Under the pieces are notes generated by a model. That model saw only the letters and a program-made list of their open reading frames with translations. It did no database searches and was not told where the DNA came from. Shown piece by piece: positions 19,701 through 28,199 of a DNA stretch of 54,986 bases (positions within the stretch are counted from its first letter, which is position 1; every line of letters starts with the position of its first letter). This DNA is from a virus (Duplodnaviria > Caudoviricetes), in IMG/VR virus record IMGVR_UViG_3300037246_001629, positions 1-54,986 of that record; one strand, 5' to 3'. The position numbers and the translations under genes were made by a program.

Positions 19701-20239
19701 AGATTCTGACGGTTATTATTTACTTTGAAATCTTCCTCAATCCATGATTCTGCGAATTCTTTCTCCTTCTCATCAGGCAGAATGAAAGCAATATCTTCCT
19801 CAGTATTACCGCAGTTATCGCATTCTTCCATGATCTGATCATAATCAATCTCACATGCTGGACATTTGCTTGCAAATACTGATACTAATTCGAGGCCATT
19901 ACGCGTCAGTTCCTGCTTTCTTGCCTGTAACATAGGTCGCGAGGTTGAATTACCAAGCATATTATTAATAAAGAAATCATATGCTTCAGGTGGAAATGTA
20001 ATTACCTCGCCACCGCTTGTACTGTATGTCTGTCGGTAGCTTATAGGATTTATCAGCGTCTGCGTTTTCTGCTGCATATCAATGAGATCGAGGATCTGTG
20101 ATGATAGCGAACTTTTTCGGGCTACGCTCTGCTCTAATTCTATTATTCTATTGTTATTAGCTATAAGATGATTGTCTAATTGACTTCCACCAAAAAAGCG
20201 TGTTAATCTACCTCGGAATCCTTTATTGATGACAGACAT
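16727..20239 (-). CDS. Portal protein (with Zn-ribbon inserts) fused to ParB-like, coiled-coil and SprT-like zinc metalloprotease domains
   Basis: Follows TerL; portal motifs EVLH...NGYPP and MSAFYGVSPIM; ParB-like LLDGNHR; HEIAH...HGSKWQ. Confidence 0.85.
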   Translation of the reverse strand: MSVINKGFRGRLTRFFGGSQLDNHLIANNNRIIELEQSVARKSSLSSQILDLIDMQQKTQTLINPISYRQTYSTSGGEVITFPPEAYDFFINNMLGNSTSRPMLQARKQELTRNGLELVSVFASKCPACEIDYDQIMEECDNCGNTEEDIAFILPDEKEKEFAESWIEEDFKVNNNRQNLFDLIEMTLEFTDIVDDGWWVIENEYILNKGYIMATTPQELWVIHPANMAWSVDKFNKIGKYEWTCVEHRGHIAKEPGTFCDVDGCGNILYPVIAVRYHPGTQTIIQRYITNEVLHGSLHRPSALNGYPPAITLQYELSLTTNQMKYMSDYYDDVNYHKTPGYLLLPTTKSWEDVWKETKRMRKELQMDPFAIGVLPYSPDGTAKPEFVRFDTTPREMEFIPTRDEARGRMSAFYGVSPIMQADVSAGGGLNNEGLQFTVTNRAVSKAQQYINRNFLTPISNLLNLTDWIIRLAPNEEQDKVAELDYKIKVAGYAEQMLRLGYDNKLDSNHDLQIIAKKDMPEDDPYKALFEEENAAGYQIMNEDVPALEEGSETSDQPKSSDGLQGAPKTPDVALKKMKEPYDFLETYPDWEWKDDYELVEFRIIHLSEIKSHPDFEIKEEDIENGSPRVRAGTIIYYLSEATEMDPLIMDINYNLLDGNHRKYVLDKRKQEMVTAAIVKPKTKILEIVYEDELQMKAQLRAPKGGVTIQGKFYAGGKFIPKEVLENMSTEEKQAVEQGKDAGSVDSVADDKKKPKKLLPDYRRDVKQDMRGQIKETRVEIAIKDKKVKQINKDIKTKVKQANKLRNDPDRWNNDEISDQIVALRTELYDMDYEVLDIETEINSLKRDIEVYQDRRRYPDYDIADQYDVLGTQMKEAKTIANNKDFYENRVEFEKKEIATYERVIKNKSWVEIDPDFAELTDEEGLETFSELLAISVNNLKDYEDKLSKYDESKKFVDENSERLKVLKRGKIRKDGELWKYYKHNKMKEYEKKTELRRMVDENDTKAIKKLFDGEVEWARERLNIGKYRMPEIILEFDPPGINARSFGYSDFAGRTIALNMELFKKDPTSIQETIRHEIAHFMDHMGTAPDYWTMHREYESLEWHSFEATLIADKMNEYSKQFTREWFESNKLKHFTEGHGSKWQDTMQVLFGLKPRHRYHGGAGYPVEV

Positions 20240-20299
20240 TATTCAAAAGTAATATGCGGGGCGATATATAACTACGGATAATTTACCGTTTCCAACGGA

Positions 20300-22141
20300 T
20301 CAATGTCTATATCTTCTCGACTTGGCAAGCTTTTTCTTGCGTTGTCTTTCTATTCGTTCCATTGCAGGATCATCGAGTTCTGTATTTGTACCATATCCAT
20401 ACTGCCCTCTCTGGAAATGATCTCTAGCAATTCTGGACATCCACCAGGCGATTGTTGTATCATCATTCTTTGCTTTTGATTTATATTCCATCTTATCAAT
20501 CTGTAATTGCCATCCTTTGAGTTCATGCACAAATTTAGACATCTCATCAACACTGTATGAATTTCCCCATGGAATAATAAATCTGTTATCTCGGAAAGGT
20601 TTATCCAGTCCTGGGATCCCGATTACTGCCTGATGTTTTTCACCTCCTGTATTATATTCTTTAACATGCCGACCTGCTTTTCTGAGCGTATTACCGAACA
20701 TACGTTGGAACCCTACTTCCTCAGCAACTGTATAGCTGAGATAATCCTGCCATTCATCCATCACGGATAATAATTTGTACTCGATATAATCCTCTACCTC
20801 TCCTTTTTTACCGAAATCCTCTGATTTACCGTAGTTAAGATCTGCACCCTGAAATCGGATCATATCAAGTGGAATCTCCCATCCCTCTTTTGTGAATTCT
20901 GTCAGGAAGAATACATTGTAATCTGCTGATTTGGATATGGATATTGCAAAATCAATACCGAGCGTTACTATGGATCCCTCAGCAGGAGTTCTTCGTAGTT
21001 TGTAATCCTTTCCGCGTTCTTTTGCACGCTCAATCCAATCATGACGGAATAATGCAAGCTGTTCATTTATTGTTTTCAATAAATATTCCTTATCATAGAA
21101 TAATTTTCCCAGAATATCAAACTGCTCAAGATGATAAGATATTGGTCGTTTGCGTTCCCACAGTACGCGAGGTTTTGGTAATTTTATTCGCCGAATGATT
21201 AATTCAATCATTTTCTGTGTTACATTGAATTCTCCATTTTTAATCATCTCATCCTCAATAGCGTAGAATTCTCCGCTCTCAATCATCTGTGATTTGATAT
21301 CAATAAACTCATCTGCATAATCATCCCAGATAGGAATATCATCTGCAATAATACCTGTGTATTCTCCACCACGGAATAATCCTTTTGCTATCTCTCCATT
21401 CCTGATTTTATCAAGTGGATCGCCCTCCTCAACAACAGTTCCGATATATAGTATCTGTGCATTCTTACCCTCGAGGTTAGGTGTACGCGTACCAAATATC
21501 GCAGATCTCAGAATATTCTCAGCAGTTGCAATACTCATACTCATTCGCTCATTTATAATATCATCAAGCGTGATACGGTCTGTATGTTTCATACGTATAG
21601 ATCCACCCATGGACCGCCCGACAGATGCAGATGAGTTATGTTTACCATTTGGCATAACTCCCTTTAGTGCAATATTAGCTTTTGAACTAGTTGCAAAATC
21701 CAGTCCAAGGTCCAGATTCTCACTTACATGTACCAGCATGCCTTTGAGGCCACCGTTACCGTCAAGACCTGTATGCCATTCAATCGCCTGTTCTTTGGAA
21801 TATGATACCTGAAGATTGGTGAATGATCGTTTTTTACCTATCATTGGATATCGTGTCATATCATAGGCATTTGCTGTTTGTGTCCATGTGGTTTTGAGAT
21901 GTCCACGTGAACATGCCTCATATATACTATTATAAGTTTTAATATGATAATTCCATTTGCCATGTAAGTGAGAATCATGTTTCAGACATAAGCTAGGATC
22001 CATACACGTCTGCATATCATTACCCATGACATGCCATTGGAAATAAGGAAGCGATGAAAATGCGAATTCACGGTGTGCAGTCAGTGCAGATCCTGATATC
22101 GGCTCTTTGATGAGTGCAGGTGCAGGTGGTTCATACACCAT
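20300..22141 (-). CDS. terL: Terminase large subunit
   Basis: Walker A-like SRGHLKTT, Walker B ITLDD, YIGT coupling motif, RNase H-fold GIDFA...E...DD. Confidence 0.9.
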   Translation of the reverse strand: MVYEPPAPALIKEPISGSALTAHREFAFSSLPYFQWHVMGNDMQTCMDPSLCLKHDSHLHGKWNYHIKTYNSIYEACSRGHLKTTWTQTANAYDMTRYPMIGKKRSFTNLQVSYSKEQAIEWHTGLDGNGGLKGMLVHVSENLDLGLDFATSSKANIALKGVMPNGKHNSSASVGRSMGGSIRMKHTDRITLDDIINERMSMSIATAENILRSAIFGTRTPNLEGKNAQILYIGTVVEEGDPLDKIRNGEIAKGLFRGGEYTGIIADDIPIWDDYADEFIDIKSQMIESGEFYAIEDEMIKNGEFNVTQKMIELIIRRIKLPKPRVLWERKRPISYHLEQFDILGKLFYDKEYLLKTINEQLALFRHDWIERAKERGKDYKLRRTPAEGSIVTLGIDFAISISKSADYNVFFLTEFTKEGWEIPLDMIRFQGADLNYGKSEDFGKKGEVEDYIEYKLLSVMDEWQDYLSYTVAEEVGFQRMFGNTLRKAGRHVKEYNTGGEKHQAVIGIPGLDKPFRDNRFIIPWGNSYSVDEMSKFVHELKGWQLQIDKMEYKSKAKNDDTTIAWWMSRIARDHFQRGQYGYGTNTELDDPAMERIERQRKKKLAKSRRYRH

Positions 22142-22238
22142 ATATGTAGATTAGATTTATAATTCTAAAAGCAATTTAAACAAAATTATATTTTAGTTTA
22201 ATTTAGTATTTAATAGCATAGAATTATATTTAATATAT

Positions 22239-23117
22239 ATGATGGAAATTAACCGTTTAAATTGCATAAATTGTAAAAAAACAGATGTGCGATATACAGT
22301 GCAGTTTATTATCTGTAATCGATGCGGTGAATGTCTGGACAGGATCTATGAGACAGATCTGTATGAACCGAGTTTCAAGGAGGTAAGCGAGTTCAGCCAA
22401 CCATTATTGCAGGATAATCTGAAATCAGTTACAGTGATTGAGAATCTATTATCCTGGTCTAAGCTAGATATAACGCTCAGGACCAAACAACAACTGATAG
22501 CATATACTAGTATATTGAAAGAACAATTGAGAATAAATAGTATAACTTATCCGAGCGAATATTTTCTAGCAGGTTGTATTGTGTTTTCGAGGAAATTTGA
22601 TATAGATGCAAATATAGCATTAGAGCATCTGAGTTCTGATTATACAAAGAAGCATGGTGAGATGATCAGAATTGCATCTGAAATTGAGCAGAGCATCAGT
22701 GCTAATAGTAAAAATACAATTGAAAATCTCATACTATATGATACAACTGAATTAAATAATGAAACAATTGATTATATTGATCGGTATCTAGATGATTACT
22801 GGAAGATCAAAATAAATCAGGTATTGAAGATTCAGAAAAATGGTAAATTAAAAACTGAGAGAGAAATTTTAAGGAAAGCAAAAGTATCAGCAAGCAGTTA
22901 TTACAGAGCAAAGAAAAGAATTATGGATGGACCAACTAAGAAGAAATCGAGATCTATAATAACTGATGAGATAGGAGAGCGGATTAAACGGTTTCATGCG
23001 AAAGGATTTGTTGTGAGAGATATTCAGGTTGAACTTGCTATTGAAACACGATTGGAGGGAAATATGATTAATATCCATTTCAATACTATTGCAAGATATC
23101 TGAGTGATGTTAGATAG
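22239..23117 (+). CDS. TFB/TFIIB-like protein (Zn ribbon, putative cyclin-like repeat, C-terminal HTHs)
   Basis: CINC-x13-CNRCGECLD; SEYFLAGCIVFS resembles the TFB AAcIY helix; SASSYYR and HFNTIARYL HTH-like. Confidence 0.5.
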   Translation: MMEINRLNCINCKKTDVRYTVQFIICNRCGECLDRIYETDLYEPSFKEVSEFSQPLLQDNLKSVTVIENLLSWSKLDITLRTKQQLIAYTSILKEQLRINSITYPSEYFLAGCIVFSRKFDIDANIALEHLSSDYTKKHGEMIRIASEIEQSISANSKNTIENLILYDTTELNNETIDYIDRYLDDYWKIKINQVLKIQKNGKLKTEREILRKAKVSASSYYRAKKRIMDGPTKKKSRSIITDEIGERIKRFHAKGFVVRDIQVELAIETRLEGNMINIHFNTIARYLSDVR

Positions 23118-23227
23118 CGATTACCAATCGCTGTCGCGTTGGAATGTGCCTCGGTACTGTAATATGATTATCCATACAAGTATTATTCAGCGAATATTTA
23201 ATGTAAATTTATTAGTGAATAATCATC

Positions 23228-23260
23228 AGTGTACTGACAAAGTGTACTAATACTTATATA
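23228..23260 (+). promoter_or_regulatory. Operator AGTGTACT-N5-AGTGTACT plus TATA box
   Basis: Same architecture and spacing at 45591-45623. Confidence 0.6.
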
Positions 23261-23294
23261 TCACCAATCAATGTATATTATTGTGACACCTACA

Positions 23295-23480
23295 ATGAAC
23301 ACCGAGAATAAACTAAAGGAATATCTAACTGAACTCAAAATAGAGGAAAAAGTAACACAAGACAAAGTAAACAATCCAGTATGGCATCCAGGTAAAAGCG
23401 AATTAATATTAGCAATGAATGAAGGAAAATTGGTACATATTAAAAGAGTAATCGGGAAGTTAGAAAAAATACTAAAGTAG
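23295..23480 (+). CDS. Hypothetical early protein
   Basis: Leader ATTGTGACA...ACAATGAACAC shared with ~50150-50175. Confidence 0.6.
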   Translation: MNTENKLKEYLTELKIEEKVTQDKVNNPVWHPGKSELILAMNEGKLVHIKRVIGKLEKILK

Positions 23481-23492
23481 TTTCCTAGGGCT

Positions 23493-23545
23493 TAGTGTGG
23501 GTGCAATTCCCATAATACTAATGGTGGCGATCTTAAACGCGAGGA
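23493..23545 (+). repeat. Intergenic T-loop hairpin repeat, copy 1
   Basis: GTGGG-TGCAATT-CCCATAATACTAATGGTGGCGA. Confidence 0.6.
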
Positions 23546-23553
23546 ATTATAGA

Positions 23554-23775
23554 ATGGCAATGTTTGAACCAATAAAAATCAAATCAGAATCAGGAAAAGA
23601 ATACAATGGATATTTCTGCACTGGATGCGAGACTAATATCTTCCAGTCACAGCAAGCAGATCATAGAGGTACATGCCATAAAGATATTCCTGTAAGGAAA
23701 AAGAAGAGTTCTTATTTTTGCAGAGAATGTAATGAATTCAGATCAGCAGAGCATGTATATGTGCATAACGGATAG
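23554..23775 (+). CDS. Small zinc-finger protein
   Basis: CTGC...H...C and CREC...H; GAGGA RBS. Confidence 0.65.
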   Translation: MAMFEPIKIKSESGKEYNGYFCTGCETNIFQSQQADHRGTCHKDIPVRKKKSSYFCRECNEFRSAEHVYVHNG

Positions 23776-23835
23776 TACAATGGTTTATGTGGGTTCGGTT
23801 CCCATAGTACTGATACTGGCGAGTTACGCAGGAGA
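23774..23835 (+). repeat. Intergenic T-loop hairpin repeat, copy 2
   Basis: GTGGG-TTCGGTT-CCCATAGTACTGATACTGGCGA. Confidence 0.6.
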
Positions 23836-23842
23836 CAAAACA

Positions 23843-24331
23843 ATGATAGAAATAACTAGAATAAACAGAACCACAGTGTATAATGTTAATAATGAAGCTC
23901 ATCCATATTATGCAGAGACAATTGCTATTGCTAAAGAAGGTGAAAAGGTGAAAAAATATATGGTAATACTTGATTATATGGAAGATGGATCTGTACGCGG
24001 TATTAGTGAACTTGTTCAGATCATGGCATCTAGATTCCAAAAAAGTTTGTTTGAGGTTCCAAAACATTACATCAATCAAATTAATTATGACCAGGATAAA
24101 TATACATTCGGTGAGATCAATGAATATCCAGATAAAGATGTATTGGATTGTTGGCTCAAAACTTGCAAAGCAAAAACAATTACTTGGACCAGAGATAAAG
24201 ATGCAATGACATTAGATGGGATCTGTTCTACATGTACATTTGTGTATATGGTAGGTGGAACTATTAGTGAACCTGGTATGACATGCAGCAAAGAACAATA
24301 TGAAAAAATTAAAAGTATAAATAAACAATAA
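23843..24331 (+). CDS. Hypothetical protein with C-terminal Zn ribbon
   Basis: GGAGA RBS; CWLKTC...CSTC. Confidence 0.65.
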   Translation: MIEITRINRTTVYNVNNEAHPYYAETIAIAKEGEKVKKYMVILDYMEDGSVRGISELVQIMASRFQKSLFEVPKHYINQINYDQDKYTFGEINEYPDKDVLDCWLKTCKAKTITWTRDKDAMTLDGICSTCTFVYMVGGTISEPGMTCSKEQYEKIKSINKQ

Positions 24332-24332
24332 A

Positions 24333-24356
24333 GTCTAAATCAATTAATATAATCAA
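24333..24356 (+). promoter_or_regulatory. Repeated promoter AGTCTAAATCAATTAATATAATCA (copy 1)
   Basis: Exact copy at ~24573-24596 and partial copy at ~24768-24785. Confidence 0.65.
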
Positions 24357-24375
24357 TTTAGTTATTTATTATAAT

Positions 24376-24549
24376 ATGAAAAATCCTTTTAAGAGGGAAA
24401 AACCACCTTCACAAATTGAATTAGATAATAAAAATAAAGAAATAAAACTTCTCAAAGATGAATTAGTCTATGAGGAAAGAAGATATAAACTATTATCATG
24501 GGAAATGTCAGTACAGAAAAAAGAAGAATGGAGATCGTTTTATGAGTGA
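24376..24549 (+). CDS. Small leaderless protein, 57 aa (below track cutoff)
   Basis: MKNPFKREKPP...RSFYE; starts about 25 nt after the TATA element. Confidence 0.55.
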   Translation: MKNPFKREKPPSQIELDNKNKEIKLLKDELVYEERRYKLLSWEMSVQKKEEWRSFYE

Positions 24550-24611
24550 ATATCGGGAAATCCAAGAGAAATAGTCTAAATCAATTAATATAATCAGAAT
24601 ACAATAATAAT

Positions 24612-24749
24612 ATGCAGTCAGGATAATTCCAATAGGTCAGATCAACCAGCTTGGCAACGAGTATAGTTATCCTTTCCGCACGATCACGTTAGCAGGCCTC
24701 GTGCACAGATATCTGAGGATATCGATATAGAGGCGTGATCACTTTTTTT
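24612..24749 (+). ncRNA. Candidate small structured RNA
   Basis: Own promoter copy, nested stems, T7 tract at the end, no ORF. Confidence 0.5.
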
Positions 24750-24809
24750 ATATTTTTACAAAATGATATAAATCTATTAATATATTGGATTCAAGTATTT
24801 ACTAGTAAC

Positions 24810-25076
24810 ATGAAATTCGAAGAAATTTTAATGGAATTGAAAGATGATACGAACGATGATGTGAAAGCATATCGTAAGGGCTGGAATGGAATTGAAGCTG
24901 GAATTGATATGTATATATATCTAGTAAGAGGTGCAGAGATAGATGCAGGTCGTAATGGAATACTTAGTCCTGATCCATTCTTTATATTCCATCATTCAAA
25001 AAATGATACCGATAATATCTGGATACCTTCTATATGGGACATAATGGTAGAAGATTGGGAAATCCGCAAAAATTAA
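24810..25076 (+). CDS. Tad2/DUF2829-like protein
   Basis: MKFEEIL..LK...AYRKGWNG...MYIYL...WIPSIWDIMVEDW; start moved to ATG 24810. Confidence 0.8.
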   Translation: MKFEEILMELKDDTNDDVKAYRKGWNGIEAGIDMYIYLVRGAEIDAGRNGILSPDPFFIFHHSKNDTDNIWIPSIWDIMVEDWEIRKN

Positions 25077-25482
25077 AAGTGCTGAAATAAATATGATATT
25101 AGACCATATTCATAAAATGATACAAATCAAAAATACCACTATACCTTTTGAAGATAGAGAATTCGAATATGAACAATTTCATTGTGTGACAACTGATTGT
25201 GATTATCATGAATTTAAATATCTCAGGCATGATGAAGTAAAAAATAAATTAAAAGTGAACAGCTAGTAAATACCTGAAATTCCCACCGATAGAAAATTGA
25301 TTTAATAGTTTGACACGTTATAGATGCAATGTTCACTTTTTAGTTACCCTATCATTTTTTGTCATAGCATTTTTTATGATATACTTTTGTAAACCAATCG
25401 GCCTCATCTTTCTCAATTATTATTTCTGGAATATCTTCACAGCATACTTCACATACAGCAACTTCAATATCACTCATACCGA

Positions 25483-25680
25483 TCAGGTCCCACCTGTGGT
25501 ATAAAAACCAGGTATCCAATCTTCAGGTTTAGATTCAATGTCTAATTTTCGGCCACAATAAGGACAGAATTTAATCGCCTCACGTCTTTCAGGATGATAG
25601 AATTCCCATCGCTTATCAGCAGGAAAATATACAATACCTACTTCCTGTTCGGATCCCTCATCGCATTCATGATCACTCAT
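25483..25680 (-). CDS. Small Zn-ribbon protein
   Basis: HEC...IKFCPYCGRKL. Confidence 0.6.
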   Translation of the reverse strand: MSDHECDEGSEQEVGIVYFPADKRWEFYHPERREAIKFCPYCGRKLDIESKPEDWIPGFYTTGGT

Positions 25681-26186
25681 TCTTTATTGCTCCTGACACT
25701 GATAAAAAATTCACTGAAATCCTCATCTGGAAAATCCATCTCATTATCCCATACAGGATCTCGATCTATACCTACGATATCTTCTCGTTCAAATATTCCT
25801 AATAGTCCTCTGATTATTCTTTTCCACAACGGTAAAGGTGCGACCAATCTATCCATACTTTCATATAAGAGTACATTAGTATTTATCTTAATTTCATTAG
25901 CATAATATGTTCTCATGAATTTAGCATCAAATACATGGATACCAAATAGCTGAGACAATGGAGAAGGAAAGAAAACGGGTTCACATCCATGTAACATTGC
26001 AATAGGTGCTCCATATGGAATAATTCCACCCACATGTAATTTAGGAATACCTGATAATTTTCTACTATCCATACTTTTTTTACTAGCAATACATTCATCA
26101 CAAATATTTCTATCGCCATCTACTGTTTTTGTAAGAAGCAATTCATATTGGCCACATCCAGAACAATTTCCTTTATGTACAGTCAT
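25677..26186 (-). CDS. Hypothetical protein, N-terminal CxxC pair
   Basis: CSGC...CDEC; coupled to neighbours. Confidence 0.6.
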   Translation of the reverse strand: MTVHKGNCSGCGQYELLLTKTVDGDRNICDECIASKKSMDSRKLSGIPKLHVGGIIPYGAPIAMLHGCEPVFFPSPLSQLFGIHVFDAKFMRTYYANEIKINTNVLLYESMDRLVAPLPLWKRIIRGLLGIFEREDIVGIDRDPVWDNEMDFPDEDFSEFFISVRSNKE

Positions 26187-26455
26187 TCTTCTTCCTCCAG
26201 TATTTCAGGATTTATCTTAAAAAATGGAGATTTAAGATCATAAAGATTGGGGCCCTTTTGGATTAGTTCAGCTTCTTCCAATCTACGTAGAGTGTATCTT
26301 AATGATTTAGTAGGAATTGACATTTCATTTATCAATTCTCGCTGTGTCTTTTTCCCATGCTCTGATAAATAGTCTAGTATCTTCTTTGCACTATTAGGTA
26401 AATTGTGTAAAATAAAAATGTATTTTGTTTTAATATTCATTGTGTGGACCTCCAT
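26183..26455 (-). CDS. Archaeal MarR-like winged-helix regulator
   Basis: LPNSAKKILDYL..HG..TQREL..E..IP...LRYTLRRL...PNL.D pattern. Confidence 0.8.
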   Translation of the reverse strand: MEVHTMNIKTKYIFILHNLPNSAKKILDYLSEHGKKTQRELINEMSIPTKSLRYTLRRLEEAELIQKGPNLYDLKSPFFKINPEILEEEE

Positions 26456-26751
26456 ACTGTTGCAATAATATATGTCCAGATAGTAACATTGGAAATTATA
26501 AAGACTGTCCAGAATCCTAGTTTATGTTTATTATTATATAATAATTTATATTTTTCATTGTCATGTTTCTTATTATACGCTCTCATTTCACATACACCAC
26601 AGTTTTCAGCATCTATATGATTTAATAATATATTATGACCATACCTTAATTTATGAAAAAAATTAATTAGTTTATGTCTATTCATCAGTATCATTCTCCA
26701 TACTCCATTCAAACTCGCATTGATATTCCTCTGCAATCTTATTGGAAGCAC
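26437..26751 (-). CDS. Hypothetical protein with C-terminal TM helix
   Basis: FWTVFIISNVTIWTYII; true start probably later. Confidence 0.5.
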   Translation of the reverse strand: MLPIRLQRNINASLNGVWRMILMNRHKLINFFHKLRYGHNILLNHIDAENCGVCEMRAYNKKHDNEKYKLLYNNKHKLGFWTVFIISNVTIWTYIIATVWRSTQ

Positions 26752-27325
26752 TTTTACAGATTATAGAAAATTGGAACTCTTCATAAACTAAATATAGATC
26801 AGCAGTATGATTGTTGCTTCGACCACTCGTACTATGATAGTCACTTGCAGCTTTAAATTCTTTGATTATAAGATTACATTCCAATTGATTCTCATTAAGA
26901 GCAAATTCTTCAAACATATAATCTATTGTTTTCTTCAAATCTTTAACTGATGAAAAATAATCTTCTTTTGAAATATCATCAGTAATCAGTACATCATATA
27001 ATGTGTTTAATTTGGTCTTTAAATCCTCTGTATAAAGTCCCTTGTTTTTAACTGCGAATAGTAGACCTTCATCATTAAGGCCACCTTTCTTCGATATATC
27101 TTCAGGTCTAATCTTAACCACTCTTCCAGAATTCTTCCATGGTTCTTTGGGTAGTATTTCATAAGCAGTAAAAGATTGTGACCTTATAGCATCAAATCTT
27201 TTTTGACGTTCTTCGCGTGTCCAAGTTTTAAAATCAGCATCATATCTGTATAGAATACGATGGACCAATTTTGTTAATTTCCTTGTAAAATAATTCATTG
27301 TGTTTCCTCCTGGTGGCAGTTGCAA
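26678..27325 (-). CDS. Hypothetical protein
   Basis: 215-aa ORF, GGAGG before the second Met. Confidence 0.6.
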   Translation of the reverse strand: MQLPPGGNTMNYFTRKLTKLVHRILYRYDADFKTWTREERQKRFDAIRSQSFTAYEILPKEPWKNSGRVVKIRPEDISKKGGLNDEGLLFAVKNKGLYTEDLKTKLNTLYDVLITDDISKEDYFSSVKDLKKTIDYMFEEFALNENQLECNLIIKEFKAASDYHSTSGRSNNHTADLYLVYEEFQFSIICKSASNKIAEEYQCEFEWSMENDTDE

Positions 27326-27407
27326 TCACATAAATCTGAATCTAATGTGCATTCATCGTGTAATTTATCCCTACATGCTTCAGAGATAAAACCATTATCA
27401 ATTATGC

Positions 27408-27851
27408 TCATAATAATTCTCCCTCGAATAATTCATCTTTCAAATCTCTGATCATACCCACTGGTTTATTCTTAATACTGAAATTAAAATTTTCAATAGC
27501 AGTAAGATGCACTGCATTCACCAGATAGATCCTACCGAGAGTATCTTGTAATGTGGGTGCAAGAATAACGGGAGATCCCATAAGATAAAAGGTGTTATCC
27601 TTGGCAGTTACAAGCTTTGATACTCTTGTGACATAGAATAATACCTCTACATCCATTAACCAGAAGAATTGTTTAGCTCCTTCAGCTCTATTCATTCTAT
27701 CATACATTGCTATCAGTAAAGACATATTAATATCTCTATCGCGTTCGCTGTTATGATCAATATATCCAATATTCTTCTGATTCACGATTTGATCTATGAA
27801 ATCAGGATCAGTGAATATAAATTTTAGTTTAAGTAATTCATCTATTAACAT
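27408..27851 (-). CDS. Hypothetical protein
   Basis: 147-aa ORF. Confidence 0.6.
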   Translation of the reverse strand: MLIDELLKLKFIFTDPDFIDQIVNQKNIGYIDHNSERDRDINMSLLIAMYDRMNRAEGAKQFFWLMDVEVLFYVTRVSKLVTAKDNTFYLMGSPVILAPTLQDTLGRIYLVNAVHLTAIENFNFSIKNKPVGMIRDLKDELFEGELL

Positions 27852-27852
27852 T

Positions 27853-28098
27853 TTAATCCAGACCTACCCCGAAAAGACTTGGTATAATTTTTTCAAGAAA
27901 CATTTTTACAATTCCATTACGACATTCTTCCAATTTATTTTGAATTATTATTTGTCGTTCAAGTGGATCTAAATCTATTTTAATTGCTTCAGTAGGAACA
28001 GCAGTTAATCTTTCAAATTCGACAAACTCATCTTTTTCAAGATATTCTTTAGCAAATTCAATAGCCTGTTCATTATTAAATTCTTTTTCTTTACTCAT
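27853..28098 (-). CDS. Hypothetical protein
   Basis: 81 aa, GAGG RBS. Confidence 0.6.
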   Translation of the reverse strand: MSKEKEFNNEQAIEFAKEYLEKDEFVEFERLTAVPTEAIKIDLDPLERQIIIQNKLEECRNGIVKMFLEKIIPSLFGVGLD

Positions 28099-28199
28099 TG
28101 TTTTTCCTCACGTTAAACAAATATCCTAGTAATAATATATAAAGAAATTTAGATGAAAATATATAATTATATAATTTTTATAAAAAAAGAGAAAATTTA

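Noticed and set aside
351-21812. Plus-strand ORFs opposite the virion operon (e.g. 351..1223, 2919..3317, 21357..21812)
   Set aside because: Antisense shadows of well-supported minus-strand genes, with no motifs or RBS
20300-22141. Intein in TerL or portal
   Set aside because: No C/S...HN-C/S/T splice junctions or LAGLIDADG motifs seen
23493-23811. tRNA genes
   Set aside because: Only T-arm-like hairpins; no D-arm, anticodon arm or 7-bp acceptor stem
24333-24596. 24-nt direct repeat as a mini-CRISPR array
   Set aside because: Copies are about 240 nt apart, enclose an ORF and contain a TATA element; better explained as duplicated promoters
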